From Octopus bimaculoides (Eukaryota): 59,626 nucleotides of DNA. The stretch covers positions 35,499,567 through 35,559,192 of the forward strand of contig NC_068990.1 of the NCBI RefSeq assembly GCF_001194135.2. The letters are read 5' to 3'. Positions 12,531 through 26,459 of the stretch are shown piece by piece (the first letter of the stretch is position 1; every line of letters starts with the position of its first letter). Made by a program: the position numbers and the translations under genes. The notes under the pieces are model-generated. The model searched no databases. It had not been told where the DNA came from and saw only the letters and a program-made list of their open reading frames with translations.

Positions 12531-14956
12531 AACATACATACCCACACATTCACAGACGCATACGCATATTGTAATACAATGTGGATAAACTAGATCTTGG
12601 GAAATTAAGTTGGAAGCATCTCCCAGTATAGATAGCTAACATGCTACTCCGTTAGGTAGTATTTCTACTCATTTGAGTAGTCAGTTTTGCGATACATACA
12701 GAGTTAAACAGAGGTTTCGAGTCACGGCTATCCTTCTAATCCGAGTATCACGCATTGTACACGCATTGTACACGCAGTGTACCATTTAGTAAACAATTAC
12801 AAATTAATAGTTTTAAACAACATTACATGGATTTTATTTACCTCATTGTTTATTACGAATACGATGTACATCACATAAAATATTACATGACATTATGTGA
12901 ATCCATATAGATGCCTAGCTATTCCATTTCTTCTGGAGAATTCTTTCACCATTCAGTAAAATACAACCAGTCTATGGAGGTAGGGACATTTATACACAAA
13001 CAGAATACAAATGCAATTTGTGAAGTGGAGTGGAGATATTAAAGTCGGCGACCAGTGAGTTTCTTTTTATGGGTAGTTTATGTTTTGCACTTATCTTCAA
13101 AGCAAGTCAATCACTCTTCAAAATGACAAGATTTTCAAATGTGACGCCCACACACATTTCTGCACTTATCTGTTCTTAAGATAATTGATTACAAGTACAA
13201 TTTAAATTCTACTAGAGCGAGAATATATAATTATACATAATACTTAAACACAATTTTTCAAATTTGTCAATAGCATTATTCTTACATGTCAAGATCTCAA
13301 GGATGTCCGAGCAATATAATGATCCGCCGCCTTTATATGAGTATGGCTTGGTGTTTCCTACAAAGAACAGACTAGAATATTGTGTATTCTAGTGACTACC
13401 CTGTCATTTAATTTCCCAGATTTTAACTACCAATGATGTTGAATTAGATTTATCCACTCTCCTAAAGAAGTGCGTGAATAATTACGAGTTCAAGATTTGA
13501 AACCAGCAGCTGTGACGTCTATACATACATACATACATCTATACATACATACATACATATATATAGGAGTCTGTGTGTGCATGTGAGTATATAGTTATTG
13601 ATAAGGGATTATTGATCCTGACAAGATTCTTCTTAAGCTCACTGCAAATATCAACGCACTACGTTAAAAGGTTTTCTGATTGGTATAGAACTCTGGATAA
13701 TCCTAAGGAAATATCGGAAGTTAAAATCCACCACCAGTTGGCTTTGTAAATCCAAGGTTGGATTCACCAGTTAATATGGTATGGCAACATAGAGTCCTAT
13801 ACAAGAAAAGGCAAAAAATAGTTGTCTTTTAGAAAATTGTGAATTTGTGCACGTAATCTTAAATCGGTTTCTTATATGCATCTCAACTAAGTACATAGTT
13901 TCATTCCTGCTAGGTGAGTTGAAAAACAAATTGAACTGATCAGTCGACCGGTCGGCTGCGATTCGACGCATTGGAGATGACACTCTCAAAGAGCCGGTCT
14001 TTGCATCTATTTATATATAGTGCTGTGCGGTCTATTTAATTCGCCTTAGATTTGGTCCGGGTACGTGATGTTGATAAATTACAAAGGTGACGAAACATCG
14101 TTGTTTATCGCTCCTGAACCATGAGTGAAATGTCTCACCTGTTCATGATAAATCATCAGGTGTCTTAACACACAGAACCCTGTGAGAGTCATCTCCAATA
14201 TATCGAAAAATTCTTCCGTTTACTCAACTGATATTATCCACAAAAACCGAGAGTAATAGAATGCAATGTTCTGCGATTTCCGAGCATTTCCATATCAATT
14301 GACTTGGCCATAACACCCTCCGTCACAGTTCTAGCCTCTAAATTTAAAACAAAATTTCTCTACTTCTCCATCTTTCCTTGCCAGTACTTCCTGCGCTTTT
14401 ACTTCCAAGCCCATCATTAGTTTCACCCGCTATTTGCACTAGTGTAAACATCTTTCTTTCTCTAGAATCAATATATCAACTTCTTACATCACTTATGTTA
14501 TAGCCGAAGTGATCACACTTATATATATTACCTCTCTTACATGCGTTTCTTTAAACCTTCAGCTCACTTTTCACTCAATAGTGTTGTCATTCGCCACTGC
14601 CTAGTAACCGATATATTGCTAACATTCACCACAACTTCAAACTTAGTAATAATTCATAAGTCAGTTTCATATTGGGCGTATTTTTCAACAAGGAATATTT
14701 CAAAGTGATACGTAAAAAAGAAATTACAGGAAACAATGTGCATCGTAAGAAATGAAACAGAGACCAGTATTCGATGAAAATAATACTAATATAAATGAAG
14801 AGAACTGCACCTTAAACCATAAATATTATAAATAAACACAAAATGGAATAAATATACTCGAGTGGAATTCCTTTTCATTCAACAAGCCTGTTTTAGAGAC
14901 AGACTTTTGTATCAAAATTATACTACTACAATCGTAAGCATACGACATGAAAATCC

Positions 14957-15092
<136 letters not shown>

Positions 15093-15249
15093 ACATGAAA
15101 GAATTGCAACTGACGTTGATAAACGACCTCAGAAGGTAAAGCAACGAAAATAATATCTTTAAAACTATAAACACCGAGAAAACAAATCAGAGAAATGAAG
15201 TCGTAACAATCAAGCAAACTCAATAAACAATGAAACAACAAAATAATCT

Positions 15250-16558
15250 CATCATACCTACAATATATTCATGAAAGAAATGTGGAGCGTAATGTATATA
15301 AACGCAAATATGAACACAGAGAAAATGCCAAAAAATCTAAGAGTAGAAATATCTAAAGTGAAATAATAAAATACGACAACAATATGAACAGGGAAACCGT
15401 TAAAGATTTTAAATCAATAGAATATCTTACGACGGATCAACGGAAGACATAATAAAGATCAAAGTTAATGATGAAATAGCAAAAACGAAAAGCAATGCAA
15501 ACTAGGTCATCATACATATAGTGGAAATATATGTGAAGATTAATATCATCAAGATAAATCAGATATTCTATGCAGCCGGCTCAGTAATCACAGAGGGAAA
15601 TCGATAGTCTCACAAAAGGTCTCATATTAGAAACTCTAAACCCAAAGGGAAACGTGAAGAATCGAAGTACAAATAAATATTTAAAATAAAATTCAATGAT
15701 TCTTATATCTTCGAGAAAAAGACACACCGATAAACAAAGGGAGATGAAAACAGCACAGAAATAGAAGATATCCAAGCACTCTATATAAAATGGCTTTTGA
15801 GACAAGAAGTTGATATTAAATTGTAAAGAATCTGTCACTACAAAAATATTACAACACCCCAGACTATTTCAATAAAGAACCATATAAAAATAAGCAACAC
15901 TCAATGCAGTATCAGCATAAAGCATAAGAGAATATCTTTTAGAATGCTATGGATTGCGAAAGGATTATCGCGGGCGAAAATATTAAGGAAACAATGACAA
16001 TAAGAGTAAGTTTTCCTGAAAACGGTGGTATTTAGAATGGTATTTATGAGTTTCGTCTGTTTTAGATCTATATTATATTTGAGAATATTATGTTGGTGGA
16101 CTGTGGTCATTTGAATTTGTGTTGAACAAACGCGGTTTCCTTATCATCATATCAGCCTATTGCAAAAACATTAAAGTACAATTCTAAATTGCAATCAACG
16201 AAGAAGGCTGACATACTGTTTACAACAATACAAAGGAAACTAAAAGACGTAACTGGAGCTCAAACTAACGAAAACTTTTTCACTCGTTCTGTGATATTAC
16301 ATGTATGTATTCCAAAATACTGCAGTATTCGCAATGTATGCAATGCTCACAGGAAATTAGGGTTTTGAGAACATGTGTCGTATTAATGGTCATATTTATG
16401 AGTTCAAAATTCTCAGGATGAGTATAACTAGCTTCTAAAGTCTTTCTTAAGTTTCTTGCAGAATATTGGATTGCATATTTTTGCAAGGATATTGGAACAG
16501 AGACTATATGAGTCTCAATTCAATTATCCATGTCCAGCGTTAAAAGCTGTGCAAAGAC

Positions 16559-16560
<2 letters not shown>
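15250..16560 (+). mobile_element. possible highly decayed RLE-type (R4/Dong-like) LINE ending at an (AAT)n tract
   Basis: A-rich strand with weak motif echoes in plausible order (KL*RICHY; ADILF; SVILHVCIPKYCSIRN; LQNIGLHIFARIL), directly followed by (AAT)n. Heavily disrupted and recognised only tentatively. Confidence 0.3.
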
Positions 16561-16646
<86 letters not shown>

Positions 16647-16657
16647 GTAATAATTAT
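16558..16657. repeat. (AAT)n microsatellite
   Basis: Directly visible. Confidence 0.97.
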
Positions 16658-16662
16658 AACAC

Positions 16663-16861
16663 GTCGAGCTTGTAGACTCGTTGGCACGCCGGACAAAATG
16701 TTTAGAGGCATTTCGTCTGTCTTTACGTTCTATTCAAATTCCACCGGTTTCGCGTTTGCCTTTCGGGAGTTTCTCAAATTAGTACCAGCCGAGTACTGAG
16801 TGGATGTAATCGACATATTCCCTCCCTCGAAATTGCTGGCGTTGTGCCAAAATATTAAACC
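16663..16861 (+). mobile_element. SINE family A, diverged copy with tail type B
   Basis: GAGCTTGTAGACTCGTTGGCACGCCGGACAAAATGTTTAGAGGCATTTCGTCTG...TTCAAATTCC...GTAATCGAC...AAATTGCTGGCGTTGTGCCAAAAT aligns by eye with the other family A copies. Confidence 0.8.
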
Positions 16862-19800
16862 ATTTTCATTCTTCCGAAGTTGATACAATAAAGTAAGAGT
16901 CAAATTCTGGGTCTGATATGATCAACTTCCTACTCCAAAATTGCTGCATATGTGTCAAAATCTGACACAGTTATTATTTTTATTAGGATCGTAATTTTAC
17001 AGATTTATTAGAACCTCTGGTATTTGCTTCTGTTCTATAATTTCAGAGTTCTCATCTTTTAGCTATAACATTCATCCTTGTGTTGTCGATAACATAAGGC
17101 ACCAGTTAAGAATTAAGATCAATATACTTCTAAATTTCTGGTCGTGTGTCCTACATAAAAATATCATTATTTATTTCATTTCTAATAGGGTTGTGGTTTG
17201 GTAGAATCATTATAGAAAATGACAGAATATCAGATTCTATATATTCTTAGTTTGACATTTCATTCAACCTTCAGAATTCGAGAGAATACCAGATATATAC
17301 GAGGTCGATTTTATTCCCTATCACCACCCACGAATATTTTTGAACTCATGTCTGTGTAAGAAATCACTCATATATTTCATTTATGGAATAATATGTATTA
17401 ATATTTGAAAATATATGCTTTACTTTCCGAAAGGTTTGTTGAAATGAAAATTATTTGTTGTTTTTAAAATTATATTATTTGGGAAATGCATTTACTCCTA
17501 AACGTAAATAAATTTAATAAAGGCATAAATATAGAATAATAAAATGCAAAGAAGTTAAATAGTCGTGCTTTGAATTAATAATTATTATTTTATGATCATT
17601 CAAATTGAAGCTCTTGTCAGAATCGCAAAACCGGAAATAAAATTTAAACGCATGATTGTCACGTGTTCGTTTAATTCCGCTTCGTTATTTGCAATGAACA
17701 GGATGATGTTAACACAATTGTCAATAACAACAATACAATTTAGAAATGCGTGACAGATAATGAGTGGAGATAACAGATGAGCAAGTATTTATCGATGTAT
17801 TAAATAATGATTTACGGTCAATTGTGATGTTTAATTTAGAGCTTCCAATAAAAGTCAAAGAATTGAAAGTAAAAAGACAGAAAAAAAGGTAATAAAACAT
17901 AAGCGGAAAACACACAGGTACCAAGCAACACATTCACACATACAATGAATGTAATTTGAGCAAACATCTAATATAAATAAATAAAGACATAAGCTATACA
18001 TACGAAGGAATATCTATCTATATATCTATCTGTCTATGTCTATCTATCCTTGTATATNNNNNNNNNNNNNNNNNNNNNNNNNNNNNNNNNNNNNNNNNNN
18101 NNNNNNNNNNNNNNNNNNNNNNNNNNNNNNNNNNNNNNNNNNNNNNNNNNNNNNNNNNNNNNNNNNNNNNNNNNNNNNNNNNNNNNNNNNNNNNNNNNNN
18201 NNNNNNNNNNNNNNNNNNNNNNNNNNNNNNNNNNNNNNNNNNNNNNNNNNNNNNNNNNNNNNNNNNNNNNNNNNNNNNNNNNNNNNNNNNNNNNNNNNNN
18301 NNNNNNNNNNNNNNNNNNNNNNNNNNNNNNNNNNNNNNNNNNNNNNNNNNNNNNNNNNNNNNNNNNNNNNNNNNNNNNNNNNNNNNNNNNNNNNNNNNNN
18401 NNNNNNNNNNNNNNNNNNNNNNNNNNNNNNNNNNNNNNNNNNNNNNNNNNNNNNNNNNNNNNNNNNNNNNNNNNNNNNNNNNNNNNNNNNNNNNNNNNNN
18501 NNNNNNNNNNNNNNNNNNNNNNNNNNNNNNNNNNNNNNNNNNNNNNNNNNNNNNNNNNNNNNNNNNNNNNNNNNNNNNNNNNNNNNNNNNNNNNNNNNNN
18601 NNNNNNNNNNNNNNNNNNNNNNNNNNNNNNNNNNNNNNNNNNNNNNNNNNNNNNNNNNNNNTATATATATATATATATATATATATATTCCTATCATCGT
18701 ATTTACACATCTATGGATGCGCGTGAAAGTTTATATGCGAACAGGGACAGATGCAAACAGATTATGTCATCTCTAATTTGTGAGAGTATAACTCTCTTCC
18801 AATATGTTTGTATACATTTTGCTTATGTAATGGTAAATGAGCTTTGGAAATTCAAGAATTAACGTATAGGCATTATATAAGAAAAAAGATACGTCTAATA
18901 AAAAGAAACATATTCAGAATTTCCAACGGAATTGTAATTTTATACACGAAGGTATCCAAAATCTTTGCTTCATAAACACTGCTAATTTTGAAATATTCTT
19001 ATTAGCGCCGTAATTGTGGTGAATTATTATATAGCTAAGTTTAGATTAACCTGGATACATTTGACTTTTAGTAGACTCAGGTGATAATCAAAGGTGATTT
19101 GAGTGGTATTTCTAGCAGATGAAATGATCAATTTGAGCCTTTATTCAAAGTGTTTTACACATAGTTTTTTTCACAATATTCTGCTTTTGTTTCTCGTTTG
19201 ATATATTCCCTTCAACAATATGGTTGGGAAAAAAGCATCTTACCACACAGCCTTGCCCGTGCAACACGTGGAACCACTAAACCCAACAGCTGTTTTGTTT
19301 CCCAGTAAGTGTTTTATTTAAACTCTCTCCGCTGTGTTTCTCGTTGTCTTCTCTTAAACAACATAAACTGGAAACGTCAAAGGCTTTTCCATTTCCTCCG
19401 AGTGTCAACCTAATACACTTGCTTCTTGTTCCCTCGATTGTCTTTTCAAACAACTTGTATATGCAAGTGCTACCACCTGAAACCACCGCACACCGGATAC
19501 TAGCATGTATATGGGATCACCCAAAAAGAGTGTGCACCGTTTGGGGGCCTTCCCTTCAGTGGCTTTACTGCGTACCGCACTCTTTCATTGAGATGGGGAC
19601 CTGCTTCTAGATCAACTGTTTCTCTGCTAACGCTGATTTCAGCGGCAGTTCATGGAAAATTTACAAGTGAAAATTTAAGTAATACTTGTGGTCTTAAATA
19701 TTTGATTGGCAATTCCTGCAATCTGCATCACAAGTGCGCTCTTGAATTTTGTGTTAGTCAATCTTTGTGTTTTGCTTATATCGAGGAGAAACACAAAATA

Positions 19801-20123
19801 AATACAGATGATAACATAAATTGAGTGTGGAATGGAGGACAAGGCAAGAAAAGTATCAATACCAAAGTAGATAAAAGTATGGTTAAGGAATGAAGAAGCA
19901 GCAGAAAAAGGAAATAGGAAACGAAAGAAGAAGAGGTGAATAATCTGCTGGGGACAAATAGGGTTTTGAGATTGGTACTTGAGTGTGGTAAGTTTCCCAC
20001 GATAATTAAGAACCAATTATCAAAGTTTATAATGTGCGGAAAAAGACCCTGTGACACCCCGAACAGGCTGCTTTCCGCTCTCACACAATCAACCAAAGCA
20101 AACAAGACCGAGAGCACTGAGAA

Positions 20124-20271
20124 GTAAAACAACAACAACAAGAAGAAGAAGAAGATGAAAAGGAAGAAAACGAAGAAAAAAGAAGATGGTGATGATGATG
20201 ACGACGATGACGATGAAAAAGAAGAAGAAGAAGAAGAAGAAGAAGAAGAAGAAGAAGAAGAAGAAGAAGAA

Positions 20272-20310
<39 letters not shown>

Positions 20311-20410
20311 AACAACGTAGAAGAAGATGAAGATGATGAAGATGAAGAAGATGATGAATATGAAGATGATGATGCATAAGAAGAAGAAGAAAAGGAAAAA
20401 GAAGTAGTAG
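20124..20410. repeat. compound (AAC)/(GAA)/(GAT)/(GAC) trinucleotide microsatellite
   Basis: Directly visible; source of the poly-D/E and poly-S ORFs. Confidence 0.95.
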
Positions 20411-21350
20411 TAGGGGAGGTATAAGACTACTTATGATATACGTTAGTGTTGAATGGACATAGAACAGATAATGACGTACAGTAAATTGAAATCAAAGTTG
20501 AAATTAAAATTGATGAAGGAGCACTGATATAAGGTAGTAGAGATTATGTGTGAAGTATTAAAAGTAGAGTAAATACTTAATACTTAGAAAACTATAAAGA
20601 TAGATATTAGTAAACGGTAGGAATAAGGATATACGGAGTTGGTTAGTTACCAGTGAAGATATTAGAAATTCCTGAATTGAGGAGTTAAGGATACGGTAGG
20701 ATATAAAGAATAAAGTGAAGGGAGTAAAATGTATTCCGTATAAGGAGTAGTAGTACTAAGGTTAAGGTACGGTAAAATGAAGTAAAGTAGGCAACGTTGC
20801 TAGCGTTATATGTAAGTATAAATCTGTGAGAGGCTTTGCAGAATTTCATCCTAGACAAGTTCCCGAGATTTATGACAGCTCAAGGATGAGTATGCAAACA
20901 CTGGGCCGAAAAGCTGCCCGTGGGCCAGGACAACAGACGGGTCTACTCCTGTGTAGATTGAGCGTAATAAGTAAGAAATGCCTGTAGCTATTCCCATATA
21001 ATAGGACTGTTCTTCATTTAAACTCGTGTTTTCTCCCGTTTCGGTGTAGCTACAAGCATTATACAAGAATGTATTCCAATCGAAATAAATGAAACAGAAA
21101 TTAGGGAACGAGGTACCTTTTCACAAGCCAACTGACGAGGTACAATTGTACAGAATGATGCATTACAACTATTTGCACAAAATCTCATCCATGAGATTAC
21201 GATGCACGAAGGGTCGAAACGATCGTGATGATTAATAAAGAATCTCGTGAATTCCATTTTTTCTTTCTGTCTCATATGTTATATGGATATAGATAGATGT
21301 AAATAGACAGAAAGGCAGACAGACAGATAAACAGACAGACAGGCAGACAG

Positions 21351-21411
<61 letters not shown>

Positions 21412-21619
21412 CAAAGATAGATAGATATATATCTAGATATTGATACAGATAGATGTAGATAGATAGACAGCAAATGGAAAACATGTAGTAGTACTAAAAT
21501 GGTATGAATTTACACCTCGAAGTCTTTAACAAGGCTATTAGGGAAATCCAGGCTAGGTAGTTGCTGTTATTTCCACCCTAACGATGGAGGCCGGTCTACA
21601 ATAATGTTCTCTCCCTCTT

Positions 21620-21653
<34 letters not shown>

Positions 21654-21865
21654 CGTGTGTTCGTGCGTGTTTGTGTGTATGTGTATGGTTATGTATGTGT
21701 TTGTGTGTGTGTGTATGGTTATGTTTGTGTTTGTGTATATGTGTGTACGTGTGTGTGGGTGCGTGGGTGTGTTCGTGCGTGTGTCTCTATGCGCACGGCT
21801 ACAATGCACGATAGACATAGACATAGAACTTGTTTTGAATTCAGAAAGAATGATGACGTACGTTT

Positions 21866-21903
21866 AGCAGTTAAATATTCCATAAGCAGTTAAATATTCC
21901 ATA
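21866..21903. repeat. 19-bp perfect tandem duplication
   Basis: AGCAGTTAAATATTCCATA x2. Confidence 0.95.
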
Positions 21904-23437
21904 AGCCCACAAACTATAATGCTTCATATTAGAATGCATTATATTCTCCCCACCAGACTGTTGCTAATTTCACAATCAATGAGCAAGCCTTTCCTCCATT
22001 TTTCAAATTACTTTTTATTTAGCTTTTTTTTTCTGTTTTAGAGTTTTTTACGTTGTTTCAGTTTTTTTGTAGGTTGATGCTTTTTTCTTTTGTAATATTT
22101 GGAAGTTTAAATAACGTTTTTACTATATTGACATTTTAGTAAATGATAGGAAATGATTTGTCCGAACAATTCCAGCAGATTCATGGAAATTTCTGTAGAT
22201 AAAATAGTTGGCTTTTATTAAAATCCCAAGTACTTGCAAACAGTGACGCCAAATTCCGGATGCCAATAAAAGATGGACTAAAATAAAACACATACACACA
22301 GCCACTCAAATATACACACATACACCCAAACTTACAAACACAATGAATTCTTCATCATAGATTGCCAAAAGGAATGAAATAATGTTTTAGTTCGGTTTAT
22401 TTAGACAGTACAATGCTGCCAATGAGAAACACCATTTTTGTTGACAATTGTTATAGCTACAACAGTAGAAATGGTTCGGAGGTGAGATTAAAGGAATTGC
22501 TTTTTTATGAGGCATAGTAAATTGGTTTAAAACGGTGATTGTAAATATTGTGTAGATGATTATTACAAAGGCCATCAACTACACGAATACAACAAAACAT
22601 ACATTATATGTACATGCTATAAAATGATTGCAATTTGTGTGTGTGTGTGTGTATGCATACACACATACGCACATATGTATATATATGCATATATGTGCAT
22701 GAATGTATATGTAGTTATTTATATTGTGTGCATACACATATGCGTGATTTGTGTGCGTGGATGAATATGTTCGGTCTTGTTAATCAAATTAAATGATTTA
22801 ATTGATGGTGATCCGTTGTTTTACTTACTCTGATCATCAGTAAACAAAAACTATTGTAGCTGATTTCAAAACTTGATACATCTAAGGTGTCCTTTACATT
22901 CTTATTTAGTTCAGTCTTGATGCGACTTCATGTTGTTTGTAAATATTCGAATTGCGTACAAATTAAGATTTCATATGCAATTTTGGCGGAAATATAACTC
23001 ATATCGTTGCTATCAAGACCTAAATCCACGCTGATGACAGAGCCCTATAATTAAAGGTTTTCCTTAATGTTAGAGCCCTATAATCAAATACTTTCCAGCC
23101 ATTGCCATCCAATTACTTAATTTTTAGTTATCTATGCATTAATATATGTCGGAATAGCTTGAATTACCTTATCCAATATGCACTTTCTGTTTCTAACTCG
23201 TGAGAGAGTGGTTTGAAAGATATTGTGAAACTATTTCCAGCAACAGGAGCAACCTGCCGACGATTTCATGTCAACATTTCAAGTCTCAAATGGTTTGGAC
23301 TACACAGTGTTACATTATCATGGTGTATACATTTGAAATCAGTTTGTTCCTGGCATTTCTCTCAATCTCCACCATCTTTCATCATTGCTTAATTCAAAGA
23401 AGTCTCTGTTATTCTTTATATTTTCATAATTTCACTG

Positions 23438-23462
23438 TTCCACCACCACCTCCTCCTCCTCT

Positions 23463-23517
<55 letters not shown>

Positions 23518-23538
23518 GTTGCTACTGCTGCTGCTGCA

Positions 23539-23618
<80 letters not shown>

Positions 23619-23620
23619 AG
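23438..23620. repeat. compound (CCA)(CCT)(ACT)n(GCT)n(ACT)n(GCT)n microsatellite
   Basis: Directly visible. Confidence 0.97.
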
Positions 23621-26459
23621 TAATATAATGCATTGAAACTGTGTTGTATTTTTCTGCTGTATAGCACGGCCAAACTTCTTTGAACAAAGCTGCCATCAGA
23701 TTTATTCGTCTTGGCCATCCACGTTTTGTATATACATCGAAAAATAAGGTACGAACTTTTTGCTATTTCAATACTATAAGGCGTTTTGCTGTTATTTGAG
23801 AAGTTTGATTCATTCTGCACAGTCTTCTTCTTTTGGTTTGTACAGAAGTGATAGTAGTTTTGACTTATAGTCATATGAAACCATTGCTCTTTCAGGGAAG
23901 GAATATCTTCTGTAGAGTTAAGTTAACCACACAGCTTCTATGTAATCCCTTAAAAGAATTTCATTCCCAGCTTCACAAAATGTGGTTCTATGTATCATTA
24001 AGATCGTCTCTTCCGAAATGTGTGGTATCTTGGGAAATGTTCAATCTACTCTAATACTGCGTTGATCAGAGCGTTGTGAATGAAAGTTGGATGCCGGAAA
24101 GGACGGTTTTGAAACTAGACAGCGAGAAACCAAACTTCTTTTGGGTGACAGACTAAATAGAAAACTACTTGATACTTATGTAACTTTAGTAGACATCGCT
24201 ATGTAACAATCATTCGACATCTGTTTTCAGAATGCCTATCTCACTTTTCTCATCTTTCTTGAAGGGGTAGGGGCAAGACCTCCAACATAGATCTTCTCTG
24301 AATAACTGGTAAAAATCGTTCATCAATCTTCGGAATATATCGTGTTGTTTCACCACTTAGTACAACCTGTTTTAAATTTTAATTGGGAAATATAACGGGA
24401 ATTAGAAATTGAAAATAAACAGCTACATCTAAGCAATATGCTTTCTTGTGTTCGCTAGTTGCTTCAGTAATGACAGTCGCAGGTTCAAGTTCGTGTTTCA
24501 GTATTAGGTATTAAAAAAATGTTTTTTTTCTCGATGGGATTTGAAGGATAATTGCCACTAATCGTTCGCAAATGAAATGACACCTAAAATTTGCTTAGTC
24601 TTATATTAAAACCATTGTAATTAATAAATGACACGTTACTGTGTCTATAACTTAAAATTGGCTCAGGTCTGACAGCCATTCTTTTACCAAGAGTATTTTC
24701 GCGTAAAAACATTTTAAAAGACATCGGCCAAGAATCGAAATGTTGACGTTTTCTCATCTCACCAGGAATATAATTTTCGCCACTTTAAGAAATAATTATG
24801 TTAGAACTATATAGGAGAAAATGAGACACTTTCTTCTTCGATATGTTAATTAAGTAATTTATCACGTGGATTTTAAATCGATCTTTATTGTGTGTGATAA
24901 TCAATCACCTAATTTTATGAACGGCTTAAAGTGAAAGTAAAAGTCATTGAACAAAGGAAATCGATATGTTACAACAAAGGAGAACATTAGTTGAGTTTCT
25001 GAAATATAGTTTTTGTGGGGAATATCATACATAGCAATGTAAAATAATTAAACTAGTTTAGGTAACAAAGTGAGTTTATGCATTCATCAAAGATAGTCCT
25101 TGACCCGGTATAAACCCTGCATTTCGGGAAAGTGGGATGCTATAATGGGAATGCCATATTTTACCAAATTCTATATCGATCTTTATTGTAAGCGATAATC
25201 AATCGTTTGCTTATGTGAACGGTGGCTAAAAGTGCAAGTAAGAGATCAATGAAGACAGATATATTTGGAAATTAAAGAAGAAGGCTTGGGCTTTAAGTAA
25301 ATGTATATTAGGCTGGTGTGTTGGGGGTTAAATCTAGTATAGGTTGATCAACGTGTTGAATGAACATATATACACGTTATGAATTGACACCTAAACCCAT
25401 ACTCACTATATGTTTAGATAATGAAAACTGAAGTGTGTTATAATACTTTTTTCCCACTGTATTAGTTACTTAAAGATATGTAGTTGAATCCCAATAGTAA
25501 ATTCGAATTATTACATCATAAAAGTCTGCATAGCTGTATATTTATATACATTTATATGAGTACGTAGTTAATGGAAAATCGAGAATTATATAGTTATATT
25601 TTAAAATATTTATACTACTTCTCAAAAAGGTGCTTAATGAAAATACTATACGATCATGTAACAACGTTCTGTCTCTTCCTTCCTTTCTTTCTTTCTTTCT
25701 TTCTCTCTCTTTTCTCTCTCTTTCTTACTTGAAAACTATTATCCGTGTTTTCTCATATTTCACAAGCATTTGCATATTCATAAAGTCTAGAAAACAGAAA
25801 TATGTTGCACCGAACTCCAAGCATACCCAGTTTGGGAACTAGCTTTATGCTCACACGCACACATACACACACATACACACACACACGCACGAACGCACAC
25901 GCACACAAGCATAAAACTAGTGAGATGAATTAGTTAATTCAATAACCTCACCTTTAGATATAAATGGTATATTGTACACATCAAAGGGCTATCTATCCTA
26001 ATTAATCTGTGATGATGAGGAGGTGAAATGTATTGGATGTTGTCTCTCAATATTAGTGTAATATTTGAATTACTTAAATACGATATTTAAAGATCTGTAG
26101 CAGTCAACATTCGCTTGATACTATGTACATTACCACGAAGCTCAACGTTTGTATAACCTCTCATTTAGGGTTTAAATCATTAACAATGAATTACTAACAT
26201 TTTATAATTGATATTTTATATCAGCATCAACTTTTTCGTTATTTCTTAGATCATTCAGGAAAAGAAGTAATTTGAGAATCACGGATTGCTTTTCTCAGGC
26301 TGGAAAAAAAGCGTGAAAGTTTGAAGGTAAGTGTTGGAACAATTCTCTGGAAATATCTGGCGAGAACGCCTACGGTGTGATGTCTGTATAAATGTTGAAA
26401 TATTTTTGAAGCCGTATGTTAACATCCAGTCAAACTGAAATTAAAAAGCCAAGTAAAAT

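Noticed and set aside
13941-13958. Short palindromes: CAGTCGACCGGTCGGCTG here, TGAAATCA-5-TGATTTCA at about 55490 and ATGCTTCGA/TCGAAGCAT at about 51260
   Set aside because: Stems of 8-9 bp are expected by chance in 60 kb and have no supporting context.
20155-20379. ORF MKRKKTKKKEDGDDDD...EEEE resembling an NLS plus acidic domain
   Set aside because: It is encoded entirely by (GAA)/(GAT) microsatellite, with no non-repetitive coding context or convincing splice sites.
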